From Candidatus Kapaibacterium sp. (lineage in GTDB: Bacteria; Bacteroidota; Ignavibacteria; Kapaibacteriales; UBA2268): a DNA stretch of 64,000 nt. Where the stretch lies: the NCBI GenBank assembly GCA_963665665.1, contig OY762428.1:4864001-4928000 (forward strand). Direction: 5' to 3'. Below, one piece after another: positions 30,900 to 41,529 of the stretch (positions are counted from its first letter, which is position 1; each line of letters opens with the position of its first letter). The position numbers and the translations under genes are program-made. Below the pieces are notes generated by a model that ran no database searches, was not told the origin of the DNA, and saw only the letters and a program-made list of their open reading frames with translations.

Positions 30900-31934
30900 A
30901 TGACTGAAGCTATACTTTACGAACCCGGCAGCAACAAATCAATACATTGCAAAATGTGCGCCCACTATTGTAATATTGAAAATGGTGATAAAGGAAAATG
31001 CCTTACAAGGGAAAATATTGACGGGAGGTTATATACACTCAGCTATGGGGCTTCCACGGGTTTTGCTGTCGATCCTATCGAAAAAAAGCCATTCTATCAT
31101 TTTCGGCCGGGAACTAAGGCTTTGTCTTTCGGTACTCAGGGTTGTAATTTTACATGTAAAAATTGCCAGAACTGGACCATGAGCCAGGGATTGAGAATTG
31201 AGAATCTGAAATCAGAGAAAAAAATAACCGAACCGGAAGAAATTGTAATTGCAGCGCGAAATCGAGGTATTGAAAATATTGCTTACACCTATTCCGAGCC
31301 GGCAATATTTTTTGAATATGCCAGGGATATTGCTAAAACCGCAAGAAGTACCGGTGGATGTGATGATATATCTCACGTTTTTATATCTAACGGATTCTAT
31401 TCAAATGAATTAACTGATATGATAATTGGCGAGAATCTTGCCGACGCGATTAATATCGACCTGAAATTTATGGATGACAAAAAATATCGTGATATTTGCG
31501 GTGGCAGGCTGAAGCCTGTGCTGAAAAGTATTGAAAGAATTTTCGAATCGGGAATACATCTTGAAGTGATTAACCTTGTTATCCCCGGCGAGAACGACAG
31601 CGATGATGATATTCAAAGACTCATAGATTTTATAGGAGCTGTCTCGCCTGAAATTCCATTACACTTCAGCCGGTTTTACCCCCAATATGAAATGGCAGAA
31701 TATCCACCTACTGCAATTATTAAACTGGAGAGAGCATATAATAAGGCTGTTGAATCAGGGCTTAGGCATGTTTTTGTCGGGAATGCAGATATTCCGGGAA
31801 CAAAAGATACTATATGCCCGTCTTGTGGAAAAACTCTGATAAAAAGAAACTGGTCGGGAATAATTATCAATGAAATTCAGCAGGGAAGTAAAGCCTGCCC
31901 TTATTGTGGTTATGATCTGTATATTAAGGGGTAA
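30900..31934 (+). CDS. amrS: AmmeMemoRadiSam system radical SAM enzyme
   Basis: CKMCAHYC, DPIEKKPFYHFRPG, GCNFTCKNCQNW, YTYSEP, PLHFSRFYP. Confidence 0.9.
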   Translation: MTEAILYEPGSNKSIHCKMCAHYCNIENGDKGKCLTRENIDGRLYTLSYGASTGFAVDPIEKKPFYHFRPGTKALSFGTQGCNFTCKNCQNWTMSQGLRIENLKSEKKITEPEEIVIAARNRGIENIAYTYSEPAIFFEYARDIAKTARSTGGCDDISHVFISNGFYSNELTDMIIGENLADAINIDLKFMDDKKYRDICGGRLKPVLKSIERIFESGIHLEVINLVIPGENDSDDDIQRLIDFIGAVSPEIPLHFSRFYPQYEMAEYPPTAIIKLERAYNKAVESGLRHVFVGNADIPGTKDTICPSCGKTLIKRNWSGIIINEIQQGSKACPYCGYDLYIKG

Positions 31935-32580
31935 GATTCAATTTATATGTATCATAGATAAAGTCTATCAAACTGTCGAACCGGCCAATTTCAGTTTTTA
32001 TATCTGATTTATCAAGATATCGGAACATAGCAAGTACTTGCTTGATCACTGTGTATCTTTTATTTACGAGGGCTTTATCATTCAAATTAAATAGTTGAAT
32101 AGTTTTTTCAGCTTTTAGAAATTCAATGCTGTCAGAAGAATTGTTTCTTGCAATAATTTTACCTGCTGATGTATAAATAAAGTATTGTTGTGGATTTTCA
32201 GTAACAGGATTTATCAAATATTTATAATCACCTTTTCTTATAGTCTTATCTTTATATTTAGCACCATAATATTCGCAGTTGGAAGCAGTAATAAGATTAT
32301 TCCAATTAAAAACCCATTCACAATCGGGGAAAAAGCTTCGTTTTAAGAAATGATCGATATGAGAGCGTGAACTGTCGGGAACGATATCTTCTTCAGTATA
32401 TCCGCATTGGCTGTTTTGTTCGGAAGTAGATTGGCAATTCCCGTCGGGCAGAACGCCTTCCAGCATATATTGCCTTATATTCAAACCAATCCCGAAACTA
32501 ATATCAGACCAGGTATCAGGCCTTGTTTTATTAATGTATTCCGAAAAGAAAGGAGGTTCTGCTTTATGAATAGCTTTCAC
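31924..32580 (-). CDS. HNH endonuclease (TIGR02646 / PtuB-like)
   Basis: EQNSQCGYTE, HIDHF, FNWNNL, LINP, TIQLFNLN; overlaps the ATPase gene. Confidence 0.8.
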   Translation of the reverse strand: MKAIHKAEPPFFSEYINKTRPDTWSDISFGIGLNIRQYMLEGVLPDGNCQSTSEQNSQCGYTEEDIVPDSSRSHIDHFLKRSFFPDCEWVFNWNNLITASNCEYYGAKYKDKTIRKGDYKYLINPVTENPQQYFIYTSAGKIIARNNSSDSIEFLKAEKTIQLFNLNDKALVNKRYTVIKQVLAMFRYLDKSDIKTEIGRFDSLIDFIYDTYKLNLTP

Positions 32581-33607
32581 TTTCTTTTTCCTTTTTTTTT
32601 CGTTCCATTCTTATCATTGCCAGATCGCTGTCGTATTTACCAAGTAAATTTTCAAGTTTGGAAAGTAGTTTTTTAAATTCCTGAGTATTATAATTATTAT
32701 TTTCCAACATTTCATTCAGTTGATTCAAATCCTCGTCAACTTCAGGTGTTCTCAAAGTCTTTACCCTGAATATGTCAAGCAATATTTCATCTACTTTCTT
32801 TCCATAGATGTTCCTGTTTCCGGATATAACTTCAATAATACCGTTGTTTTTTTGCAGAATCCTCAAATTATCATCTTCAACAGCCGAAACAACAAAAGGT
32901 GAGTGAGTGGTAATAATTAATTGGTTGTTGTTTTGAATGGCTGCCTGCCTGTATAAATCTGTAATATTGCTTTGCCAGTTCGGATGAAGTGAACTTTCCG
33001 GCTCGTCAATCAGGATGACGCTGTTTTTTATTCCTGATAAATAAAGAGGTAATAATTTTGTAATTAGTTCTTTTTCTCCTCCTGACAGGTCTTCAATCCT
33101 GATTTTATCAGATAGCGTATTACTAAAAAAAATATCCTTTTTTTTGTCAAGCATTTTGAATGATATATCTAGATTTAATCCCTCGGATAATGATTTAATT
33201 TTATCTCTGAGAATTGAATATGCTATGCTGCTTTTAGTATCTTTTTCGTAGATAAGTTCGTCAATGAAATTAACTATTAACTCTCTGGCAGGATGATATT
33301 CTTCGCCGGCACGAAAGTATATTACTTTATCATGGATAATTTTAAATAATTCGCTGTCTGTTTTTAACCATTTTTTATCTATTCTCATGGTTTGAATATT
33401 TTCTTCATTCAGGTTTTCAATATCAATGTAATTTCTTTTATCGTGATTTATAAGCTTATCTTTTGAAAAGAACTGATAAATAAATTCCAACAATGAAGTT
33501 TTACCGCTTCCGTTAATTCCGCAAACAACAGTCAGGGGATAAGTAAAGTCAATTTTGAAGTTTTTCAGAATTTTATAATTCGATGTGTATAAAGATTTTA
33601 GTCTCAT
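32564..33607 (-). CDS. ABC-type/AAA ATPase (PtuA-like)
   Basis: GINGSGKTS, LSGGEK, ILIDEPESSLHPNWQ, ITTHSPF, YGKKVDEILLDIF. Confidence 0.85.
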   Translation of the reverse strand: MRLKSLYTSNYKILKNFKIDFTYPLTVVCGINGSGKTSLLEFIYQFFSKDKLINHDKRNYIDIENLNEENIQTMRIDKKWLKTDSELFKIIHDKVIYFRAGEEYHPARELIVNFIDELIYEKDTKSSIAYSILRDKIKSLSEGLNLDISFKMLDKKKDIFFSNTLSDKIRIEDLSGGEKELITKLLPLYLSGIKNSVILIDEPESSLHPNWQSNITDLYRQAAIQNNNQLIITTHSPFVVSAVEDDNLRILQKNNGIIEVISGNRNIYGKKVDEILLDIFRVKTLRTPEVDEDLNQLNEMLENNNYNTQEFKKLLSKLENLLGKYDSDLAMIRMERKKKEKESESYS

Positions 33608-33829
33608 TTTTAATTATTTACGTTGATTAAATCAAAAAAACAATATAAATAAATTATTGATTACATACTAAATAATTCAGAATTTCTTATTTTTACCGAT
33701 TAAAATTAATAATTTTGGACTTCGTTATTGTATATATTACTTTTAAGTAATACAAATTATATAGTAACGAATAACATGTTTGATGTGTATATACAGAATC
33801 AGATTTAGTAAATTTTATAGGGCGGAAAA

Positions 33830-35977
33830 ATGAAGCAAACCATATTCCCGATCATTTTATTAACAATCTTAATTTTCAAAACCAACAGCACAATATCAGG
33901 TGAAATACCTTTGCAGATGATGCCGGAAGTTCAACACTTGGATGAAGTAAAATCGCAGGTAAGATGCAACTGCTCGAAAAAATACCACGACATGCCTATG
34001 CGGGTGGAGTTTATGCCGATTGAGAAAAGGCCTTACGATGTTTCGAAATTAAATATTTCAATTGACTGGTATCACCTTTTTGCCGGTGATTCAGCTGATG
34101 TTTTTTCCAATCCCTTATGGTATGCAAATGTGATTCTGGATGTGAAAATCCTTGATGAAAGTATTGACAAAATTGTTTTTGATTCGTACAATTTGAATAT
34201 TGACTCTGTTCTTTTTGAAGGAAATACTGTTCAGTTCACTACTTCAATCGATGACCAGGCTTTGGAAATTATACCGGGTAGAGTCCTTGAGGCAAACGAA
34301 GATGTTAGCTTTCAAATATTTTATCATAAAAATATCAGGAATGAAGACGGCTTTTTCCTATTCGAAGAAGGCCGCTATGTTGGCATGGGTGCCAATGGTG
34401 ATACCATCAGGGTTGAGGAAAGGGTTGCTTACACACAAAGCGAACCCAACCTGACAAGAACCTGGGTTCCATGCAACGACAGCCCCTACGACAAATCTTT
34501 TGTGGAACTTAATTTTATTGTACCGGAAGGGTTCACGTCGGCATCGAACGGGCTTTTGAAAAATGATTACGTTTCGGATGGTAAAAGATATCAAAAATGG
34601 GTTCCGAGAGATAAAATGGCCCCATACCTGATGGTGGCAAATGCTTCTAAATTCTATCAATATTCTGACTGGTATAAAAAAGTTACAAATCCTGAAGATT
34701 CCATCGAAGTTCAATATTATGTATGGGAGAAAGATTATCTGAATGAAAAACGTGACGGTACTGTTTACAATCCGCGTTTCGCATTTGATAATACTGTAAT
34801 GATGATAGAAGAATACTCAAAACTATTTGGTGAATACCCTTATGAAAAATATGGTATGGTAACTGTGCAGCCATATTATTATGGCGGTATGGAGCACCAG
34901 ACTTTGTCAACAGTGAACAGGGTATGGCTTCGCGGTTATAGTTATTATGGCATAGCCCATGAACTTGCTCACCAGTGGTTCGGAGATTTGATAACCTGTG
35001 CCTCATGGTATGATATATGGATTAACGAGGGAGCCGCAACATGGGCTGAAGCTCTTTGGGGTGAAAGAAAATGGTATAAGGATATTTATTACGATGTAAT
35101 GATGAATGCCCGGAAAACATACCTTCGCAAAGGTGGCTTAAGTATGCCGCAAATATACGGGCTGCCGGTAGAAACTATTTTCGGATCGAATTATGTTCTT
35201 GTGTATGACAAAGCAAGCTGGATATACCACATGCTCAGGGAAAATCTCGGCGATGATGTATATTTCTCCACTCTTCAAAAAATGCTGAATGATTATAAAT
35301 TCCAGGCAATAGATTCAAAACAGTACCAGGAAGTATTTGAAAAATACGTACCTGATCCCGAGATTGATTTTGAAACATTCTTCGGACAGTGGCTATACAG
35401 TGCCGGGCATCCTGTTTACAGGATTGAATCTGTTAATCATATCCACGAGAACGGCAGCTCTGATGTTGCGCTGACTCTTATGCAGGTTCAGGATGGTGAT
35501 AATGTTCCTGAATTATTTAAAACGCCTTTGTGGATTAACTTCTTTGGGCCTGATTCCACTATTGTTACTCACAGGATTTTAAATGTTGAACAAAACCAGG
35601 TTGAGTATTTTACATTGCCTTTTGTTCCTGATTCACTTCATATTGATATCAGGAAAACTTTATGTGAGGAACATTCCGTGATTACTGATATCAGAGAAAG
35701 CAATGACAATATATCCGATAATGAAATCAGCATTTATCCCAATCCGGTATTGGGTGCAAATGAGTCGATTCTAAAAATAAATACCGGGGCTTCGGCAGTA
35801 AAGGCAGAAATATATGACGAAATGGGAAATAAAATAAGAGATTTATATAATGGAAATGTACCTGCAGGTAATTATGAGATTCCCATAAATGTTGAAGGTA
35901 TGGCGTCTGGCAGGTATTTTATCCGTACAATTATCAACGGAAGTCCGACAGTTAAGCCGTTTACTTATTTTAAATAA
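33830..35977 (+). CDS. M1 family aminopeptidase with T9SS CTD
   Basis: GGMEHQ, HELAHQWFG..NEG, VYDKA; IYPNPV..ASGRYFI. Confidence 0.92.
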   Translation: MKQTIFPIILLTILIFKTNSTISGEIPLQMMPEVQHLDEVKSQVRCNCSKKYHDMPMRVEFMPIEKRPYDVSKLNISIDWYHLFAGDSADVFSNPLWYANVILDVKILDESIDKIVFDSYNLNIDSVLFEGNTVQFTTSIDDQALEIIPGRVLEANEDVSFQIFYHKNIRNEDGFFLFEEGRYVGMGANGDTIRVEERVAYTQSEPNLTRTWVPCNDSPYDKSFVELNFIVPEGFTSASNGLLKNDYVSDGKRYQKWVPRDKMAPYLMVANASKFYQYSDWYKKVTNPEDSIEVQYYVWEKDYLNEKRDGTVYNPRFAFDNTVMMIEEYSKLFGEYPYEKYGMVTVQPYYYGGMEHQTLSTVNRVWLRGYSYYGIAHELAHQWFGDLITCASWYDIWINEGAATWAEALWGERKWYKDIYYDVMMNARKTYLRKGGLSMPQIYGLPVETIFGSNYVLVYDKASWIYHMLRENLGDDVYFSTLQKMLNDYKFQAIDSKQYQEVFEKYVPDPEIDFETFFGQWLYSAGHPVYRIESVNHIHENGSSDVALTLMQVQDGDNVPELFKTPLWINFFGPDSTIVTHRILNVEQNQVEYFTLPFVPDSLHIDIRKTLCEEHSVITDIRESNDNISDNEISIYPNPVLGANESILKINTGASAVKAEIYDEMGNKIRDLYNGNVPAGNYEIPINVEGMASGRYFIRTIINGSPTVKPFTYFK

Positions 35978-36025
35978 TTTTGATATTGTATAAGACATGC
36001 AATCACTTGTTTCTTTATCTTTACG

Positions 36026-36060
36026 AAATATCCGATACCTCGGTGGTATCGGATATTTTT
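36026..36060. terminator. Bidirectional terminator
   Basis: aaatatccgatacc-tcggt-ggtatcggatattt. Confidence 0.8.
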
Positions 36061-36128
36061 ATCTACAAATAACATCCTTTTCATATTGAAGCTTATTTTT
36101 TATTCTTCCAACCCACTTTGCTTTCCTT

Positions 36129-36512
36129 CTATTTAAACTCCTTGCCGCAGTCCCGGCATTTGTAGTTCGGATTAATATTGCCAATCGGAACGAATGTAAA
36201 AATCGAAAGCAATATCGTTACAATTTTTTTAAACTTATTACTGCCAAGGCCGGATTCAATATTCGACGATCCGCATTCCGGGCATTTCAGTTCAAATTTT
36301 TGGTTCAGCCCGAGAATCTCCACTGCGTTGTCGTAATCTTCGGCATTTATTATTATCTGGGCACCGGAACCCATTAATTTGTAATAATTCGGAAGCATAT
36401 CAGACATATTCCTGTTAGTTATGAAGCATGGAATGCCTTCGCTTTCCAGTTTCCCCCGGATAATATCCGCCTCGACAGAGGATTCGCAGGTCATTAAGCG
36501 CATTGTTTTCAT
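36129..36512 (-). CDS. DUF2007 domain protein with Zn-ribbon and TM
   Basis: EADIIRGKLESEGIPCF, CPECGS, CRDCG. Confidence 0.8.
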   Translation of the reverse strand: MKTMRLMTCESSVEADIIRGKLESEGIPCFITNRNMSDMLPNYYKLMGSGAQIIINAEDYDNAVEILGLNQKFELKCPECGSSNIESGLGSNKFKKIVTILLSIFTFVPIGNINPNYKCRDCGKEFK

Positions 36513-36664
36513 ATCTTAACTAATTCAATACTTGAATAATCATCTTTTAAAAATAATATTTTATGTTTGCAATATTAATAAATTCATCTGATGAAAAAAA
36601 TTCGATTTATTTAAAGTTTAAATTATTTATTTTTGCGATAATTATAATTTACTCGGGAAGCGTC

Positions 36665-38554
36665 ATGAGAAAATGGACAATTGAAGATTCGGCGGAACTT
36701 TACAACGTAAAGGGATGGGGCCTAAATTATGTTGGTATAAATAATCAGGGGAACCTGTTTGTAAAGCCAAATTCGGGTAGTCCGGAAATCGATATAAAAG
36801 AGATAATTGACGAGTTGAACCTTACGGATGTAAATACGCCGGTACTTCTCAGGTTTCCGGATATTCTGGACAGCAGGATTGAAACTTTGGCTGAATGTTT
36901 TGCCAAATCCTCTGAAGAATACGAGTACAAGGGAAATTATTTTACGGTCTATCCGATTAAAGTCAACCAGACCAAGCAGGTAGTGGAAGAAATCCTGCGA
37001 TACGGTAAAAAATATAATATCGGCCTGGAAGCCGGATCAAAACCCGAATTACATGCTGTTCTGTCATTCACTGAAAATTCCGATGCTCTGATAGTTTGTA
37101 ACGGATATAAAGATGATGATTTTATCGAGCTTGCACTGCTTGCACAGAAAATGGGCCGGAAGGTTTATATTGTAGTAGAGAAACTCAATGAATTAAGGCT
37201 GATCATAAAAAAATCGAAACAGCTTAATGTTGCTCCCAATATTGGTATCAGGGTGAAACTTTCCAGCGAAGGAAGTGGTAAATGGGAGGATTCCGGCGGA
37301 GACAGGAGTAAATTCGGGCTCAATGCCAGTGAACTTCTCGAGGCAATAGCAATGGCTGAAAAGGCAAAAGTTCTTGACAGGATAAAACTCGTTCATTTTC
37401 ACCTCGGGAGCCAGATTACTAATATTAGAAATATCAAAAATGCACTCAGGGAAGCTTCTCAGTTCTACGTTCAATTATGTAAAATGAATTGTTCGGTTGA
37501 ATTTGTTGATATTGGCGGCGGCCTTGGTGTGGATTATGACGGCTCAAAATCCTCTGGTTCCAGCAGTATGAATTATTATATACAGGAATATAGTAACGAT
37601 GCCGTTGCCACATTCGGGGAAGCTTGCGAGAAACACGGCTTGAAGCACCCTAATATTATTTCCGAGTCAGGAAGGTCACTTACAGCTCATCATACTCTGC
37701 TGGTTTTTGATGTACTTGAAAAAACAACGCTGCCGTCATGGCCGGAAGATGAAGAAACAACTGATAATGATCATGAATTAACCAAAGAGCTTTACGATAT
37801 ATGGGATAATTTTACATTGCAGGGTATGCTTGAGTCCTGGCATGATGCCTTACAGATAAGGGGAGAGGCTTACGATCTGTTTTCACTCGGCCTGCTCGAC
37901 CTTAGCACAAGGGCTAAAATTGAAAGGTTGTTCTGGTCAATAGCCCGGGAAGTTTATCATGCCAGCCAGGAGATGAAACATCCTCCGCCGGAATTGCGAA
38001 AATTATCGAAAATGCTTGCTGATAAATATTTTTGCAATTTCTCTCTGTTCCAGTCTTTGCCGGATTCTTGGGCAATAGACCAGGTATTCCCGATTATGCC
38101 GATTCACAGGCTGAATGAGAAACCGAACAGGGTGGCTACTCTCCAGGATATTACATGTGATTCCGACGGTAAGATTGATAACTTCATTGGTGCACGCGAT
38201 ATAGCTTATTATCTTCCGGTGCATGATTTCAAAAAAGGCAAGCCATATTATATTGGGGTTATGCTAATAGGAGCCTACCAGGAGATACTTGGTGATATGC
38301 ACAATCTTTTCGGAGATACAAATACTGTTCATATTAAAATTAAAGATAATTATTACGTAATTGACCAGGTAATTGACGGGCAGACGGTTACGGAAGTATT
38401 GGAATATGTTCAGTATAATAGCAAAAAGATGGTCCGAACAATGGAAACATGGGTAAGCCGTGCAGTGAAAGAAGGCAGGATAACAGCTGTGGAAGGAAAA
38501 GAATTCCTGTCGAATTATAAATCAGGATTATACGGATATACATACTTGGAATAG
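36665..38554 (+). CDS. speA: Biosynthetic arginine decarboxylase
   Basis: YPIKVNQ, GLEAGSKPE, HFHLGSQ, DIGGGLGVDYDG, DITCDSDG, GAYQEILGDMHNLFG. Confidence 0.97.
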   Translation: MRKWTIEDSAELYNVKGWGLNYVGINNQGNLFVKPNSGSPEIDIKEIIDELNLTDVNTPVLLRFPDILDSRIETLAECFAKSSEEYEYKGNYFTVYPIKVNQTKQVVEEILRYGKKYNIGLEAGSKPELHAVLSFTENSDALIVCNGYKDDDFIELALLAQKMGRKVYIVVEKLNELRLIIKKSKQLNVAPNIGIRVKLSSEGSGKWEDSGGDRSKFGLNASELLEAIAMAEKAKVLDRIKLVHFHLGSQITNIRNIKNALREASQFYVQLCKMNCSVEFVDIGGGLGVDYDGSKSSGSSSMNYYIQEYSNDAVATFGEACEKHGLKHPNIISESGRSLTAHHTLLVFDVLEKTTLPSWPEDEETTDNDHELTKELYDIWDNFTLQGMLESWHDALQIRGEAYDLFSLGLLDLSTRAKIERLFWSIAREVYHASQEMKHPPPELRKLSKMLADKYFCNFSLFQSLPDSWAIDQVFPIMPIHRLNEKPNRVATLQDITCDSDGKIDNFIGARDIAYYLPVHDFKKGKPYYIGVMLIGAYQEILGDMHNLFGDTNTVHIKIKDNYYVIDQVIDGQTVTEVLEYVQYNSKKMVRTMETWVSRAVKEGRITAVEGKEFLSNYKSGLYGYTYLE

Positions 38555-38558
38555 TTAA

Positions 38559-39347
38559 ATGGCAGAAATGAAATGCAGGTTGTGTGGTGAAGAAAATTCA
38601 AAGTTATTTTACAGGCAGGGGCAGAATTCGGAATATAAATTTTATCTCTGCAGGAATTGCGGGCTGGTTAATTATGATCTGTCATCAGGATTGAATCAGG
38701 AAAAGTTTACCAGAAAGTATGTTCCCGTTGATGTTTTAAATGATAAACAGAACAGAACACAGGCCGAATCATACAGATTTTTCAGAAATTATATTAAGCC
38801 TCCCGGTAAAATACTTGATATTGGCTGTGGTAATGGAAATCTTCTTTACTTAGCACGAAAGGATGGATTTGAAGTTCGCGGGATAGAGTTGTCCGATTAT
38901 TTTGCAAAAGAGATTAAAGACAGATTGTCTATTGCCGTTGATGTAGCTAATTTCCTTGAATACGAATCAGAGGATAGGTTTGATTACATTGTTATACGCC
39001 ACGTATTGGAACATCTGCCGGATTCAGGAAAAGCCCTGAACAAAATTAACTCCCTCCTTAATCCGGGCGGAATTGTCCTGCTGGAATTTCCGAATATAAT
39101 GGGGCTGGAATTCAAGGCAAAAAGGGTAATGGAGAAAACCGGTTTGCACAGGAAAAAATATTCCCGCGATTACAAACCCGGCCATTGCAACGAATTCAGC
39201 ATCAAGCCATTCACATATCTTGCTCATGCCACAGGCTTTGAGTTAATAAAATGGCAGACTTATTCCAATAAGAAACCTGGCTATTTCCTATATAATTATT
39301 TTGATATTGCTTCAAAGGCAAGGGCTGTGATTAAGAAAGTAAAGTAA
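38559..39347 (+). CDS. Class I SAM-dependent methyltransferase with N-terminal CxxC motifs
   Basis: CRLCG/CRNCG, ILDIGCGNG, HVLEHL. Confidence 0.85.
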   Translation: MAEMKCRLCGEENSKLFYRQGQNSEYKFYLCRNCGLVNYDLSSGLNQEKFTRKYVPVDVLNDKQNRTQAESYRFFRNYIKPPGKILDIGCGNGNLLYLARKDGFEVRGIELSDYFAKEIKDRLSIAVDVANFLEYESEDRFDYIVIRHVLEHLPDSGKALNKINSLLNPGGIVLLEFPNIMGLEFKAKRVMEKTGLHRKKYSRDYKPGHCNEFSIKPFTYLAHATGFELIKWQTYSNKKPGYFLYNYFDIASKARAVIKKVK

Positions 39348-39563
39348 AATATTTTAAAGATATTATCACTTCCACGGTAGGATAAATATAAATTTTCCGG
39401 GTCTTTCAATAATTTTATTTGGCTATATCAGTAGACGTTTGTAATTGAATTTCAGCGGAACGTATCATTTTCCTGCATAAATTTGGAGCAATAGTTAATA
39501 AATTATATAATTCATTGATATTACATATCTTAATACAGCTGCTACACCATCCGGAATTGATTT

Positions 39564-40155
39564 TTTGTGCAATAAATCCTTTGATTTGAGCTTTCCGAGC
39601 GTTCCCCCATGCTTTCCGAGCGTTCCCCCGAGCCTGCCGAGCGTTCCCCCGAGCTTCCTGAGCGTTCCCCCGAGCTTTCCGAGCATTCCCTCATGCTTTC
39701 CGAGCGTTCACCCGAGCTTTCCGAGCGTTCACCCGAGCTTTCCGAGCATTCCCTCATGCTTTCCGAGCATTCCCCCCAGCTTTCCGAGCGTTCCCCCGAG
39801 CTTTCCGAGCGTTCCCTCATGCTTTCCGAGCGTTCACCCGAGCTTTCCGAGTATTCTCCCGAGCCTGATTATCGCTGATATATGCCGTCTTAGCGTTGGT
39901 TAGTGCCGTCTTAGCGTTGGTTTGTGCTTTCAAAAACACTTTTCCAGGTAAAATTTTACTAAGATTACACAGAATTTTACTCTTTTGATAAGAAATTTCG
40001 TTCTATTGATCCGTTCGATCCATTTTATCAATTAATATTTTGATCTGATAATGCATCTGTTTGCTTTTGCCGGGTGATTGTTTTATTTATAAATATTGAA
40101 GTTTGCTTTGCCCGGCAATGTTGATAATCCATCGGCACATAATTTCCATCGGATG
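39564..40155 (-). repeat. Dispersed 21-bp-periodic element, copy B (leader + 3 variant units + 13 x 21-bp array + TTATTGCACAAAA)
   Basis: Array 39590-39862 (plus-strand GCTTTCCGAGCGTTCCCCCGA), variant units 39863-39925, leader homologous to 8664-8895. Confidence 0.9.
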
Positions 40156-40244
40156 GAATGTGAAATACTTATCATGCCTGGCCCGAACAGGATTATCGTT
40201 TCAATCTGTCATGTTTTTATAGTTCTGTATTAAATTACTTATGG

Positions 40245-41273
40245 CTATTCCGGTTTATAATTGTAAGGCAATGTGCTCCAAAGCAAATTGTTTCCCCATT
40301 TACCGTTTATAATTAAAGCGTGATTAGGATCGATCAGTTTACCATCCGAATCCAGCCATACCATTTTTCCGAAATACTCAAGAAGAGATACTTCACGGCT
40401 TGCCCAAAAGAGGAATTTCCTGGAATAATATACATTTGTACTGTCAGCAAATCGGATACTATAGTAACCTTCTTCGTTCGTTTTTTCAACCAGCCCGTCT
40501 TTCAGCGGATCCATTTCATCACCATCCTCGCCGTTAATCACCGGGTATAGGGAAAAGCCTTCATCTTCAGTTGTTCCGGCAATCAGAGAGCGGCAGAAGT
40601 GAAGAAAGCCGCCTTCATAAGTACTTTCTCTGTGTTTGCGCCATTTTATTCTTTGTTCGCCGTTTTCAGGTTCCATTTCCTCGAACCATACGTCTTTGTC
40701 GATATAAGCTAATCTTTTTCTTTTAATAAATTGGTGCAGGTTAACTGTCAGCATATAACCGAGATATTTGTTCTCAATTATCAGGGGATTTTTGCTTTCA
40801 GCGTATAAGAATGTTTTTCCTTCAATATTTTTTTCTGAAAGGATAAGTTCTTCCGGATTAAGAATTTTTGCCTTATCGGCATTTTTGTTGTCTCCCCAGA
40901 AATAAAGCTTGAATTCTTCGAAAAGTTCCTGCCAGTTTCTGCCGCTGATCTCAATTCCGTCTGTAACAATTTCTTTTTCAGTCAGTTTGAAATTGAATGT
41001 CAGTATATCATTTTTTTTCAGGTTTATTTCCCTGTTTTCCGGGTTGTAAGACACTCCGGATATTATCAGTTTGTAGTCCCCGTTTTTAATATCCTTTATA
41101 ACGAAAGTGCCGTCGGGTTTTGTTCTTGTGCCAATGGTGGTGCCTGAAAAATAAACAGAAACTGAAGGAATGGGATTTCCCCTGGCATCAGTAACCCTGC
41201 CATTTATTTCTGCTGCAGACAAATTATAATTTGTAAGTAAAATAAAAGATAAAGCAATAAGTAGAATCTTCAT
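40245..41273 (-). CDS. Exported protein with carboxypeptidase-like regulatory domain
   Basis: INGRVTD..PIPSVSVYFSGTTIGT; ILNPE; YEGGFLHFCRSL; LPYNY. Confidence 0.8.
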   Translation of the reverse strand: MKILLIALSFILLTNYNLSAAEINGRVTDARGNPIPSVSVYFSGTTIGTRTKPDGTFVIKDIKNGDYKLIISGVSYNPENREINLKKNDILTFNFKLTEKEIVTDGIEISGRNWQELFEEFKLYFWGDNKNADKAKILNPEELILSEKNIEGKTFLYAESKNPLIIENKYLGYMLTVNLHQFIKRKRLAYIDKDVWFEEMEPENGEQRIKWRKHRESTYEGGFLHFCRSLIAGTTEDEGFSLYPVINGEDGDEMDPLKDGLVEKTNEEGYYSIRFADSTNVYYSRKFLFWASREVSLLEYFGKMVWLDSDGKLIDPNHALIINGKWGNNLLWSTLPYNYKPE

Positions 41274-41529
41274 GTTCTTACCCCCTGTGAATTAGTTACT
41301 ATGGCACCCGAAATAAAGACTGGTCAAAAGTACAAAAAGTTACAAATCTTATTTAATTTAGAATAATATCCTGCTGAATTTTTTTGTATATTTAAAATTA
41401 TGAAATAGTCAATAACAGAATATTTCATAATTTCTGATGAGGCTGAAAATCGTTCAAAAACTGTTTTGGAATTGTCAGCCCAAATATTGAAATAAATATT
41501 GTAATTAATTGATAATAAATTTAATTAGT

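Noticed and set aside
31924-33830. Retron
   Set aside because: No reverse transcriptase or recognisable msr-msd next to the ATPase-HNH pair
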